A model generated the notes under the pieces. The model made no database searches and was not told the origin of the DNA. It saw only the letters and a list, made by a program, of their open reading frames with translations. From positions 281 through 64,280 of the forward strand of contig CAZXFA010000014.1 in NCBI GenBank assembly GCA_964640085.1: DNA of 64,000 nucleotides, given 5' to 3'. The position numbers and the translations under genes were made by a program. This document shows, one piece after another, positions 1 through 11,812 of this stretch (positions are counted from its first letter, which is position 1; every line of letters begins with the position of its first letter). The DNA is from an uncultured Actinomycetes bacterium (lineage in GTDB: Bacteria; Actinomycetota; UBA4738; HRBIN12).

Positions 1-527
1 CGACGGATCATCTCCTGGATGAGCACGGTCTTGCCCACGCCGGCGCCGCCGAACATGCCGATCTTGCCGCCCTGCACGTACGGCTCCAGGAGGTCGATCA
101 CCTTGATCCCCGTCTCGAGCATCTGCTGCTTGGGCTCGAGTTCCTCGAACGGCGGCGCTTCGCGGTGGATCGGCCAGCGATCGCTCGCGTGGATCTGGTC
201 GGCCGTGGTGTCGAGCGGCTCGCCGAGCACGTTGTAGACGTGGCCGAGGACGCCCTCCCCAACGGGGACGCTGATCGGCGCCCCCGTGTTCTCGACCGAG
301 GTCCCGCGCACCAGGCCGTCGGTCGGCCTGAGGGCGATCGCCCGCACGGTCCCCTCCCCCACGTGTTGAGCGACCTCGCACGTGATCGTCGTGGTCTGGC
401 CCTCGAGCTCAACGGCCACACGGAGAGCGGTGTTGATCTCGGGGAGCGACTCGGGCGGGAACTCCACGTCCACCACCGGGCCGATCACCCGGACGATCCT
501 GCCGTTGGGTCGGTCTGTGTCAGCCAT
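1..527 (-). CDS. atpD: F0F1 ATP synthase subunit beta (5' part, runs off the window edge)
   Basis: Reverse strand from ATG at 527 reads [26 protein letters not shown]...; Walker A region [18 protein letters not shown] near 1-60; follows atpG. Confidence 0.96.
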   Translation of the reverse strand, partial: MADTDRPNGRIVRVIGPVVDVEFPPESLPEINTALRVAVELEGQTTTITCEVAQHVGEGTVRAIALRPTDGLVRGTSVENTGAPISVPVGEGVLGHVYNVLGEPLDTTADQIHASDRWPIHREAPPFEELEPKQQMLETGIKVIDLLEPYVQGGKIGMFGGAGVGKTVLIQEMIR

Positions 528-590
528 CCGTTCGCTCACTCCCCCAGAGGCCCAGGGTGGGCCACCGCTCGCGCGTCCGCGCTCGCCGTG

Positions 591-1493
591 TCAGCCCCCC
601 GGACCCTCTGCAGCCTGAGACAGGGCCTCGGCCCCACCCACGATCTCCATGATCTCCGTCGTGATCTCGTCCTGGCGGGCGCGGTTCGCCTGCCGGGTCA
701 GCACCTTGATCAGCTCGTCGGCGTTGTCGGTGGCCGCGGCCATCGCCCGTTGGCGTGCGGCGTTCTCCGAGGCCGCGGACTCGAGGAAGGCGAAGAACAC
801 CTTCGTGATGACGTACTGGGGCAACAGCTCGTCGAGGATCTGCGCCGGCCCCGGCTCGAAGATGTACTCGGCGTGCGGACGTCCGGGCTCTCCGGACACG
901 AGCTCCTCGGGAGCGATCGGAAGGAACCGCTGGTCCGTCGCGCGGAACGTGAACGCCGAGCGGAAGTCCGTGTAGAGGGTGTGCAGCTCGTCGATCCGCC
1001 GCGAGCCGAAATCCTCGATCAACCGCCGACCGATCTCCTCCGCGACCGCGTAGCGAGGGACCTCGGAGAACCCAGACCACGACGCCTCCATCGGCATGCC
1101 GCGGAAGCGCAGGTACGAGATCGACTTCTTGCCGGTCGCGTAGATGATCGGCTCCACCCCTCGAGCCCGGATCCGCTCGAGCACCCCCTCGCTCAGCTTG
1201 AGGACGTTTGCGTTGTAGGAGCCGGCGAGCCCGCGATCCGAGCTGAGGATCAGCACGCCGGCCCGCTCGGGTCGAACTCGCTCCTCGAGGAGCGGGTGCG
1301 CGAGCGAGCCTGTCTGGCGAGCCACGTCCTCCATCGCCCGCGTGAGCAGGTCCGCGTAGGGCCGGGCCTCGGCGACCCGCTGCTGCGCCCTGACGATCCG
1401 CGAGGCCGCGATGAGCTCCATCGCCCGGGTGATCTTCATCGTCGACTGGACCGAACGGATCCGTCGACGGACGACGCGGAGCTTGGCCCCCAT
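591..1493 (-). CDS. atpG: F0F1 ATP synthase subunit gamma
   Basis: RRIRSVQSTMKITRAMELIAASR N-terminus; SDRGLAGSYN; ARQDEITTEIMEIVGGAEAL C-terminus. Confidence 0.97.
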   Translation of the reverse strand: MGAKLRVVRRRIRSVQSTMKITRAMELIAASRIVRAQQRVAEARPYADLLTRAMEDVARQTGSLAHPLLEERVRPERAGVLILSSDRGLAGSYNANVLKLSEGVLERIRARGVEPIIYATGKKSISYLRFRGMPMEASWSGFSEVPRYAVAEEIGRRLIEDFGSRRIDELHTLYTDFRSAFTFRATDQRFLPIAPEELVSGEPGRPHAEYIFEPGPAQILDELLPQYVITKVFFAFLESAASENAARQRAMAAATDNADELIKVLTRQANRARQDEITTEIMEIVGGAEALSQAAEGPGG

Positions 1494-1499
1494 CGATCC

Positions 1500-3173
<1,674 letters not shown>

Positions 3174-3177
3174 CGGG

Positions 3178-3738
3178 TCACTCGCTCCCTCGATCTCGGG
3201 CCTCCGCCAGACGCTGACGGGCCTCGGCCAGCCGGCTCCGCACCGAGCCGTCGAAGACCTCCCCTCCGACCCTGGCGACGACCCCGCCGATCAGGCCCGG
3301 GTCGACCATCACCTTCACCTCGATCTTCCGCCCGGTGGCCCGCGACAGCGCGTCGGCGAGCCGGCGGCGCTGCTCCGCATCCAGCGGCACCGCGCTGCGG
3401 ACCTCGGCGATCTGATGCTCGCGGCGCTCGGCAGCCACGGCCGCGAGCTCCTCGACGATCCTGCCCAGCTCCCGTCCACGGCCCTGCTCCACGAGGAACC
3501 CGAGCAGGTTGACGGCCACCGGGTTCGCCCGCTCGCCGAGCGAGTCGCGGATCAGACCTCGCTTGTTCTCGGCCGGGAGCGCGGGGTCGATCAACGCCTC
3601 CCGCAACCTCGGCTCCCGCTCCAACATCTTCCCGAACGCGTACAGCTGGGACTCGACCGGTTCGAGCTCGCCCTCGGCCTCGGCCACGGCGAACAGCGCG
3701 TCGGCGTACCCGCGCACCAGGGAGTCCCGCTCGACCAT
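3178..3738 (-). CDS. atpH: F0F1 ATP synthase subunit delta
   Basis: From ATG 3738 [16 protein letters not shown]...; C-terminal [25 protein letters not shown]; lies between atpF and atpA. Confidence 0.93.
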   Translation of the reverse strand: MVERDSLVRGYADALFAVAEAEGELEPVESQLYAFGKMLEREPRLREALIDPALPAENKRGLIRDSLGERANPVAVNLLGFLVEQGRGRELGRIVEELAAVAAERREHQIAEVRSAVPLDAEQRRRLADALSRATGRKIEVKVMVDPGLIGGVVARVGGEVFDGSVRSRLAEARQRLAEARDRGSE

Positions 3739-3739
3739 C

Positions 3740-4294
3740 TCAGTTCCGTCCGTCCCCGCCCACCTGATCGATGTACTCGTCGACCAGCCGCTGGTGCGCG
3801 GCGGTGTCGAGCGAAGCGCCGACGACCCGGCCGGCGAGCTCGACGGCGATCTGGCCGACCTGGGTCCGGAGCTCCTCGAAGACGCGATCGCGCTCGGCCC
3901 TGATCTCCTCCTGGGCCCGCGCCACGATGCCCTGGGCCTCCCCCTCGGCCCGGTCCTGGAGCTCGCGGCGCAGCTGATCGGCCGTCCGGCGGGCCTCCTC
4001 GATGATCCGGTCCGCCTCCTCCCGAGCACCGGCCAGCTGAGCCCGGTACTCGGCCAGCTCTCGTTCCGCCGACGTCCGAGCCCCCTCCGCCTTCTCCAGG
4101 TCTCCCTGGATCTTCTCCGTGCGGGCCGCGAGCATCTTGTTCAGCGCGGGGAAGGCGAACCGCGCCAGGATCAGGAACACGATGAGGAAGGTGATCCCGC
4201 CGACGATCATCTCGACCGGCTCGGGCAGAAGCGGGTTCGGCGCCTCCTCAACGGCCTCGGCGGCCTCGGCGGCCGCGAGCATCGCCCAGGTCAT
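3740..4294 (-). CDS. atpF: F0F1 ATP synthase subunit b
   Basis: NPLLP motif, single transmembrane segment, long coiled coil, ends HQRLVDEYIDQV. Confidence 0.95.
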   Translation of the reverse strand: MTWAMLAAAEAAEAVEEAPNPLLPEPVEMIVGGITFLIVFLILARFAFPALNKMLAARTEKIQGDLEKAEGARTSAERELAEYRAQLAGAREEADRIIEEARRTADQLRRELQDRAEGEAQGIVARAQEEIRAERDRVFEELRTQVGQIAVELAGRVVGASLDTAAHQRLVDEYIDQVGGDGRN

Positions 4295-4304
4295 GTCGTC
4301 CCCC

Positions 4305-5357
<1,053 letters not shown>

Positions 5358-5361
<4 letters not shown>

Positions 5362-5810
5362 GCCTCCCGAGCAGCCAGCCGCTCGGCGGCCCGGGCGGCC
5401 GCGGGATCGGCCGGGATCTCGAGAGCCGCGCCCACGCCCCCGAGGGCGAGCTTCGCCTCGTAGGCCAGGAGCGCCAGGGTGCCGGGGACCACGGCCAGAC
5501 CGAACGCGACCGGTGAGAACCACGCGAACCGGTCGAGCGCGAACAGCAGCGCGACGATCGCCCCGAGCCGGACCACCACGCCGGCCAGCGCCACCACGTG
5601 GACGGCCGTGACGGAGATACCGGCCGCCCATGCGAGCGACAGCCCGTGCGCCGCGAAGTTCGACACGACCACGACGATCCCGATGACCGCCGAGGCCGCC
5701 GTGTCGGCGCCACCCGACCAGAGACCGATGACTCCGGCGAGCGCCACGGCCGTCGCACCGGGCACGAGGGCCCTGCGGATCATGTCCCGTTCAGGTCTCG
5801 TGTCGCTCAT
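5358..5810 (-). CDS. atpI: ATP synthase protein I-like 4-TM membrane protein
   Basis: Four hydrophobic segments; immediately upstream of atpB. Confidence 0.7.
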
Positions 5811-6012
5811 CGCTCCCGTACTTCAGGTACACCAGGTAGATCGAGGCGGAGACCCCGACCAGCATCCCGATCGGCAGGAAGAGCCATCGGAAGCCCACCA
5901 ACCGGTCGAGCAGGTACCCGACCCCGCCCCACACGAGGATGCCCGCGACGAGCGTCCCGGTCAGGGCCCAGGCCGTGCCCATCCCGCTCCAACCATCCCC
6001 GCGACCGGCCAT
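5791..6012 (-). CDS. AtpZ/AtpI family small membrane protein (first gene of the atp operon)
   Basis: GILVWGGVGYLLDRLVG...LPIGMLVG pattern typical of the ATPase_gene1 family. Confidence 0.8.
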   Translation of the reverse strand: MAGRGDGWSGMGTAWALTGTLVAGILVWGGVGYLLDRLVGFRWLFLPIGMLVGVSASIYLVYLKYGSDERHET

Positions 6013-6022
6013 GGGCGCGGGC

Positions 6023-6052
6023 AGTATAGCCGTGGCCCCGCTCGCACGTCAA
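6023..6052 (-). promoter_or_regulatory. sigma70/SigA-type promoter of the atp operon (TTGACG-N18-TATACT)
   Basis: Minus strand reads TTGACG (6052-6047), an 18-nt spacer, then TATACT (6028-6023), 10 nt upstream of ATG 6012. Confidence 0.75.
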
Positions 6053-6110
6053 AGCTCGCGACGCGCGTTTCCCCAGGTAGATGGCCATATCGGACCCGCC
6101 CTCGCGGAGC

Positions 6111-6128
6111 TTGTGAAACCCTTCACGA
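6111..6128. promoter_or_regulatory. Putative Rex (NADH/NAD+ sensor) operator
   Basis: TTGTGAA-ACCC-TTCACGA, one mismatch to the TTGTGAANNNNTTCACAA Rex consensus; AT-rich palindrome upstream of the atp promoter. Confidence 0.75.
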
Positions 6129-6140
6129 ACGTCTGGCGGG

Positions 6141-6998
6141 TCATGCCCGACGGCGGTGGACGAACGCGTTAGCCAGGGCCGCGATCACCCCTGCACCGAA
6201 CAGGATCGTCCCCACAACGTTCACCTGTGGAGGGATCCCGATCCGCTGCGCCCCGTAGACCCAGAGCGGGAACGTGTTGGTCTGGCCGGCGACGAAGTTT
6301 GTGATGACGAAGTCGTCCAGGGAGAGCACGAACGCCAGCAGGAACCCCGCCAGGATCGCCGGCGCGATCAGCGGCAGGGTTATCTTGTAGAACGCAACGA
6401 GCGGGGTCGCGAACAGGTCCTGAGCCGCCTCCTCGAGCGACCGATCCAGCCCCTGAACCCGGGCGCGCACCGTGACTGCTACGAAGGCGATCGAGAACCC
6501 GATGTGCGACAGCAGGATCGAGGACAGACCCAGCGGGAAGTCGGCCTGCACGAACATCGAGAGCAGCGACGAGCCGAGGACGATCTCGGGGACGGCGATG
6601 GCGAGGAAGATGACGAAGTCCACCGCCACGAGCCCGCGGAATCGGTAGCGCCCGATCGCCAAGCCGAACAGCGTTCCGAGCGCGGTCGCCAAGATTGCGG
6701 ACACCGGCGCCACGATCAACGAGTTCTTGACCGACTCGGACAACCCCTGTGGCGTGAAGATGTTCTTCCACCAGTTCAGGGTGAACCCCCAGAACCTGGG
6801 GGTCTGGGTCGGTCGGATGCCCTGGACGTCATTGAACCCGTACAGGATCATCACGAGGACCGGGCTCGCGAGGTACAGGATCATCACGATCGTGTAGGTC
6901 GGCAGGATGAACCGGGTCCATCGGCCGCTCGGCGGGTTCGGCGGCGGCAGCTCGCGCGTGTCCGCTCGCAGAGGCTCGGCGGTGACGGTCGCGCTCAT
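6141..6998 (-). CDS. Polyamine (PotC-like) ABC transporter permease
   Basis: EAA loop LDRSLEEAAQDLFATP; LSLDDFVITNFVAG; start ATG 6998 overlaps the upstream stop. Confidence 0.88.
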   Translation of the reverse strand: MSATVTAEPLRADTRELPPPNPPSGRWTRFILPTYTIVMILYLASPVLVMILYGFNDVQGIRPTQTPRFWGFTLNWWKNIFTPQGLSESVKNSLIVAPVSAILATALGTLFGLAIGRYRFRGLVAVDFVIFLAIAVPEIVLGSSLLSMFVQADFPLGLSSILLSHIGFSIAFVAVTVRARVQGLDRSLEEAAQDLFATPLVAFYKITLPLIAPAILAGFLLAFVLSLDDFVITNFVAGQTNTFPLWVYGAQRIGIPPQVNVVGTILFGAGVIAALANAFVHRRRA

Positions 6999-7936
6999 TC
7001 CACCCTCGCCGCAGCCGCCCTGGTGGCCTCTTCCGTCCCGAGGATCCGGGCGTAGACGCTGGCCAGGATCAGCATCGCCACCATGAGGATCACGGAGAGG
7101 GCGGCCGCCTCCGGGTAGTCGGCCTCTCTCAGGAACTTCGCCTGGATGATGTTGCCGATCATCCGGGTCCCGGCGCCGCCCAGCACCTCCGCGTTCACGT
7201 AGTCCCCGGTCGCCGGGACGAACGTCAACAGGAACGCCGCGAACACGCCGGGCAACGACAGCGGCCACACCACCTTTCGGAAGCCCTGCCACCGGGTGGC
7301 ATACAGATCCTTGGCCGCCTCGATCAGGCCTTTGTCGATCCGCTCGAGCGCCACGTACAGCGGCAGGGCGGTGAACGGGAGGTAGTTGTACGTGATCCCC
7401 GCCACCACGGCGAACGGCGTCGCGAGCACGCGGAAGTCGTCCGGGAGCAGGCCGATCCCCTTGAGAAGGCCGAGGACCGGTCCGTTGTCACCGAGGATGA
7501 ACCGCCACTGGATCGTACGGATCACGAACGAAACGAAGAAGGGCAACAGGATCAGCAGCAGCAGCGAGGCCTTCCACCGTCCTCCATAGAAGGCGATCCA
7601 GTAGACCATAGGGTAGGCCAGGATCAGCGCGGCGAACGTCACGATAAGCGAGTACACGAGGGATCGGAGGAAGTGCGGCTGGTACTGGGCCACGACGTCA
7701 GCGTAGTTGCCGAACTCCCACGTGAACCCGAAGCCTCCCGAGAACAGCCCGCCGCTCTCGAGCGACGTGTAGACCATGAGGCCTAGCGGGACCATGAAGA
7801 AGAGCAGGAGGTACGCCCCGGCCGGCGAGAGCAGGTAATAGGGGGTCAACCGCCGGCGCAGACGGGCCCGCCGCGGCCGCGAAGCGGCCGCCCAACCGTC
7901 GGCCGTGACCTCCTCCTCCACGCTCGGTCTTCCCAA
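6995..7936 (-). CDS. Polyamine (PotB-like) ABC transporter permease
   Basis: YNYLPFTALPLYVALERIDKGLIEAAKDL; TFVPATGDYV. Start uncertain (7936 or GTG 7921). Confidence 0.88.
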   Translation of the reverse strand: MGRPSVEEEVTADGWAAASRPRRARLRRRLTPYYLLSPAGAYLLLFFMVPLGLMVYTSLESGGLFSGGFGFTWEFGNYADVVAQYQPHFLRSLVYSLIVTFAALILAYPMVYWIAFYGGRWKASLLLLILLPFFVSFVIRTIQWRFILGDNGPVLGLLKGIGLLPDDFRVLATPFAVVAGITYNYLPFTALPLYVALERIDKGLIEAAKDLYATRWQGFRKVVWPLSLPGVFAAFLLTFVPATGDYVNAEVLGGAGTRMIGNIIQAKFLREADYPEAAALSVILMVAMLILASVYARILGTEEATRAAAARVE

Positions 7937-9274
7937 CTACCCCTGCGAGATCGGCAGGAAGATCGAGTCCCATTCATCCGCCGCTTCGTCGGTCCATTCG
8001 GAGAAGCCGAACGCTGTCCGCGACAGGAACTCCTCGTCCGGGAACAGGAAGGGGCTCTCGGCGGTCGACTGCAGCTTGTTCGCCCGCCCGCTGAGTCCCT
8101 CCTCCCTCGCTTCCTCCGCGTGCTGGAGGATGACATCCCTGGTCCCAACGACCGGCGACATGTACAGCACCCACTCTTGGAGCATGGTGGCCGGTTCGAC
8201 GTTGTAGTAGAAGTCCATCAGTTGCATCGCCCCCGCCGGGTTCTCGGACCCCGCCGGGATCATCATGTTGTCGATCCACAGCAGCGCCCCACCTTCGGGG
8301 AACTCGAATATGAGGTTCGAATAGAGGAGCCAGATGTTCGAGTACAACACGTCCCCGGACCACACCATCGCCGCCGACAGGTTCCCGTTCTGCATCTCAC
8401 CCAGATAGTCGTTCCCGTAGTAGGCGCGGACGGTTCCCGAGTCCTTCTGCATCTGGAGCCAGGCCGCCGCCTCCCGCCACTCGTCCGGGCCCGAGGTCGA
8501 GGGGTCGATCCCGAGGTTGATCATCACGAAGTTGGCCATGTCGCCCTCGAGCATGCCGACCTGTCCCGTCCCGACCTTGTCCGGGTTCGCCAAGTCGTCG
8601 AGCTTGGTAATCGCCCCGTTCGCCAGATCGGAGTTGTAGCCGATCCCCGTGATACCGGACTGCCAGCACATCCCGTAGGTGTTTCCTGGATCGAAGAACG
8701 GATCCTTGGCCCAGCTGGCCGCGTTCGCGTCGAAGTTCGGGCGCCTGCTCGGGTCGAGCGGATACACCCACTCGTTCAGGGCCAGCGCTTGGAAGTACCG
8801 ACCGTCCGAGATGACGATGATGTCCCATCCGGTGCTGTCGCCCGCGGCTAGCTGCGGCCGGAGCCGCCCGAAGAACTCCTCGTTGCTGTTGATGACGTCC
8901 TGGTAGTTCACGCTGATCCCGGTCTGCTCCGTGAACAGCCGGAGGGACGGGTTGTATACCTGCCCCTCGTCGTCCTTGGACTGGTCCATGTAGAAGGGCC
9001 AATTGGCGAAGTTCACGGTGTCGCCGACCTCGCCCGAGTAGATCTCCTCGAGATTGAACGGTCCGGTCGCACCGGTCGCACCGGTGGCGCCACCGCCACC
9101 ACCGCCGGTCCCACCCGGGGTTTCGCCGTCGCCGCCGCACGCTGCCAGGAACGACGCGAGGCTGAAGCCGGCCACCCCCATCCCGGCGCCCTTGAGCACG
9201 CTCCGCCTCGTCAGGCGGCGGCGCATGATCTCGTTCATCCGGCGGTCGCCGATCGGATCCTGGCGGTCAGGCAT
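7937..9274 (-). CDS. Polyamine (PotD/PotF-like) ABC substrate-binding lipoprotein with Tat signal
   Basis: LTRRSVLK twin-arginine motif, FLAAC lipobox, FANWPFYMD, WSGD, PEGGALLWIDNMMIP. Confidence 0.88.
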   Translation of the reverse strand: MPDRQDPIGDRRMNEIMRRRLTRRSVLKGAGMGVAGFSLASFLAACGGDGETPGGTGGGGGGATGATGATGPFNLEEIYSGEVGDTVNFANWPFYMDQSKDDEGQVYNPSLRLFTEQTGISVNYQDVINSNEEFFGRLRPQLAAGDSTGWDIIVISDGRYFQALALNEWVYPLDPSRRPNFDANAASWAKDPFFDPGNTYGMCWQSGITGIGYNSDLANGAITKLDDLANPDKVGTGQVGMLEGDMANFVMINLGIDPSTSGPDEWREAAAWLQMQKDSGTVRAYYGNDYLGEMQNGNLSAAMVWSGDVLYSNIWLLYSNLIFEFPEGGALLWIDNMMIPAGSENPAGAMQLMDFYYNVEPATMLQEWVLYMSPVVGTRDVILQHAEEAREEGLSGRANKLQSTAESPFLFPDEEFLSRTAFGFSEWTDEAADEWDSIFLPISQG

Positions 9275-9276
9275 GT

Positions 9277-10401
9277 CTACTCCTCCTCCAGCGTTAGGCC
9301 TTCCTGGGGCAGCACCGCGAAGGTGTGCTCCCACTGCCACGACAGCCGGACCCGGTCTCCGGGATGCGGGACCGGCTTGGTGCCGAGGTTCTGGACCCAG
9401 ACCGTGAGCTCGTGCTGGAGCGGGCCCTCGACCTTGTACTGATGGCTCACACCGATGTACGTGGACATCCGCAGCAGGCCGGCAACGCGGTTCCAGCCCG
9501 CCGCGAGGGTCTCGCCCTCGTCCTCGCGCTCGATCGTGATCTTCTCCGGCCGGACGCCCACCTTCACCGCCGTGCCCACCTCGTAGGGTGCCTGCTTCGC
9601 CGGCAGATGCACGGTGTCGCCACCGGCGAGGAGGACCGCTGCCACCCCGTTCCGGCGCTCCTTGAGCTCCCCGTCGAGGAGGTTGGAGGCCCCGAGGAAA
9701 CTCGCCACGAACTCCGTCTGAGGACGCTCGTACACCTCCTCAGGGGGGCCGACCTGCTCGATCCGTCCCAGCCGCATCACGGCTAGGCGGTCGGACATCG
9801 TCATGGCCTCCTCCTGGTCGTGCGTCACGTAGATGAACGTGATCCCGACCTCGTCCTGGATCCGCTTCAGCTCCAGCTGCATCTGCTTCCGAAGCTTCAG
9901 GTCGAGCGCGCCGAGCGGCTCATCGAGCAGGAGCACCTTGGGGTGGTTGACGAGCGCTCGGGCCAGCGCCACGCGCTGCTGCTGTCCGCCGGACATCTGC
10001 GAGGGTCGTCTCTTCTCGAAGCCCTGCAGATCCACCAGCCTGAGCGCACCCTGCACCCGGTCTGTGACTTTCTGGCCGTGGACCTTCTTCCGCCGCAGCC
10101 CGAAGGCCACGTTCTCGAACACGTCCAGATGCGGGAACAGCGCGTAGGACTGGAAGACGGTGTTCACGTCGCGCTTGTAGGGCGGCTGGTCGGTCACGTC
10201 GCGCCCGTCCAGGAAGATCGCGCCCCGCGTGGGCTCCTCGAAGCCCCCGATCATCCGCAGCGTTGTGGTCTTGCCGCAGCCCGAGGGCCCGAGCAGGCTG
10301 AAGAACTCGCCCTGGGCCACGTCGACCGAGAGGTCGTCGACCGCGACCGTCTCCCCGAAATCCTTCGTAACCCGCTCGAGCCGAACGTCGACCTCAGGCA
10401 C
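9277..10401 (-). CDS. Polyamine (PotA-like) ABC transporter ATP-binding protein
   Basis: [46 protein letters not shown]; C-terminal TOBE domain. Confidence 0.92.
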   Translation of the reverse strand: MPEVDVRLERVTKDFGETVAVDDLSVDVAQGEFFSLLGPSGCGKTTTLRMIGGFEEPTRGAIFLDGRDVTDQPPYKRDVNTVFQSYALFPHLDVFENVAFGLRRKKVHGQKVTDRVQGALRLVDLQGFEKRRPSQMSGGQQQRVALARALVNHPKVLLLDEPLGALDLKLRKQMQLELKRIQDEVGITFIYVTHDQEEAMTMSDRLAVMRLGRIEQVGPPEEVYERPQTEFVASFLGASNLLDGELKERRNGVAAVLLAGGDTVHLPAKQAPYEVGTAVKVGVRPEKITIEREDEGETLAAGWNRVAGLLRMSTYIGVSHQYKVEGPLQHELTVWVQNLGTKPVPHPGDRVRLSWQWEHTFAVLPQEGLTLEEE

Positions 10402-10526
10402 CGGACCACCCCCTCGCCCCTGGCTCGCACGCGCTCCTAGAGGGATGATGTTCCAGGCCTCCCATCATACTCAGCCGGTCTCCGCCGTTGCCAGGTCCAC
10501 CGGCCGGGTGAGTCCCGTCCAACCTT

Positions 10527-10543
10527 TTGTACGGGCTGGACAA
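10527..10543. promoter_or_regulatory. TTGT-N9-ACAA inverted motif upstream of the polyamine ABC operon (possible PucR-type regulator site)
   Basis: TTGTACGGGCTGGACAA; a candidate promoter TGGCAA-N18-TATGAT lies downstream on the minus strand (10493-10464). Confidence 0.4.
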
Positions 10544-10575
10544 GCAGAGAGGTTGCCGCCTTCGCGAATCGCTCG

Positions 10576-11769
10576 TCATGAGACCTCGCGAGCCCGGTCC
10601 ACATCCCGGCGCTCCCCCGGGGTCCGGGACGAGCCCCTGCCAGGCCGATGACGGCCGTTCCGCGAGATGGGCCGGTCGCTGCCCCGCGGGGCACGATCGC
10701 GGACCAGGCGAGGGAGCACCGTGGCGATCAGAACGGCCACCGCCACGATCCCGGCCACCAGCAGCCGCCCGTCGATGAACGCGACCGCCAGCGCGCAGCC
10801 GGAGATCAGCGCGCTCCACAGGTACATCAGCAGGACGGCCTGGCGGTGCGTGTGGCCGATATCCAGCAGGCGGTGGTGGATGTGCTCCTTGTCCGCGTGG
10901 GCGATCCCGAGACCCCGACGCATCCGCCGGCCGATCGCCAGGAGGACGTCCAGGATCGGCACCGCCAGGACCAGCAGCGGGACCGCGACCGGGATCGCGA
11001 CCACGGCCAGATCCCCGCCGCTCGGCCCCTCGAGGTTCCGGCCCACGCCCGAGATCGTGGCCACCGCCAGGACCAGCCCGAGCAGCAAGGCGCCCGAGTC
11101 CCCCATGAAGACCCGGGCGGGATGGAAGTTCCAGGGCAGGAACCCGATCGCCGCACCCGCGGCCACGGCCGAGAGCAGCGCCGCCGTGGACGGGTCGACG
11201 TCCCCACCCGGCGAGCGCACCATGTAGGCGAAGAACGCGCCCGCCGCGATCGCCACCATCCCCGCCGCCAGGCCATCGAGCCCGTCGATCAGGTTCACGG
11301 CGTTCACCATCGCCACCACCCACACGACGGTAAACGGGACCGCGAGATCCGCGGAGAGGGAGAGCACGCCCTGGCCGGGGAAGTAGAAGTACAGGAGCTG
11401 GACCCCGAGGAGGACGAGTATCCCGGCCACGAGCACCTGCCCCGCCAGCTTCGCCACGGCTGAGGCTCCGCGGGTGTCGTCGATCAAGCCGAGCGCCACG
11501 ATCGCCGTCCCTCCGATGATGGCCGCATCCAGGTCGGAGCTGGTCTCGTACAGCGAGGACAGGAAGGGAACGAACCGGGCCACCGCGAGCCCCGCGAGGA
11601 CCCCCAGGTAGATCGCGACTCCCCCGGCGGTCGGCGTGGGGACCGGATGCACCTTGCGGTCGGAGGGATGGTCGATCCAGCCCAGCCGGAAGGACAGCCG
11701 GCGGACGAGGGGCGTGGCCAGCAGGGTCACGCCCGCGCTCGCGCCGAAGACCAGCAGGTAGGGAACCAC
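10576..11769 (-). CDS. wecA: MraY/WecA family polyprenyl-phosphate GlcNAc-1-phosphate transferase
   Basis: DRKVHPVPTPTAGG, GLIDD, NAVNLIDGLDGLAAG, FMGDSG, ADKEHIHHRL; usual position between glyA and atp. Confidence 0.88.
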   Translation of the reverse strand: MVPYLLVFGASAGVTLLATPLVRRLSFRLGWIDHPSDRKVHPVPTPTAGGVAIYLGVLAGLAVARFVPFLSSLYETSSDLDAAIIGGTAIVALGLIDDTRGASAVAKLAGQVLVAGILVLLGVQLLYFYFPGQGVLSLSADLAVPFTVVWVVAMVNAVNLIDGLDGLAAGMVAIAAGAFFAYMVRSPGGDVDPSTAALLSAVAAGAAIGFLPWNFHPARVFMGDSGALLLGLVLAVATISGVGRNLEGPSGGDLAVVAIPVAVPLLVLAVPILDVLLAIGRRMRRGLGIAHADKEHIHHRLLDIGHTHRQAVLLMYLWSALISGCALAVAFIDGRLLVAGIVAVAVLIATVLPRLVRDRAPRGSDRPISRNGRHRPGRGSSRTPGERRDVDRAREVS

Positions 11770-11812
11770 GCTCTGGCGGATGCTACCGCGACCGATCGTC
11801 CGGCGGAGGCCG

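Noticed and set aside
9060-9115. ACCGGTCGC-type short tandem repeats
   Set aside because: They encode the Gly/Ala/Thr flexible linker of the lipoprotein SBP; not a CRISPR array or mobile repeat.
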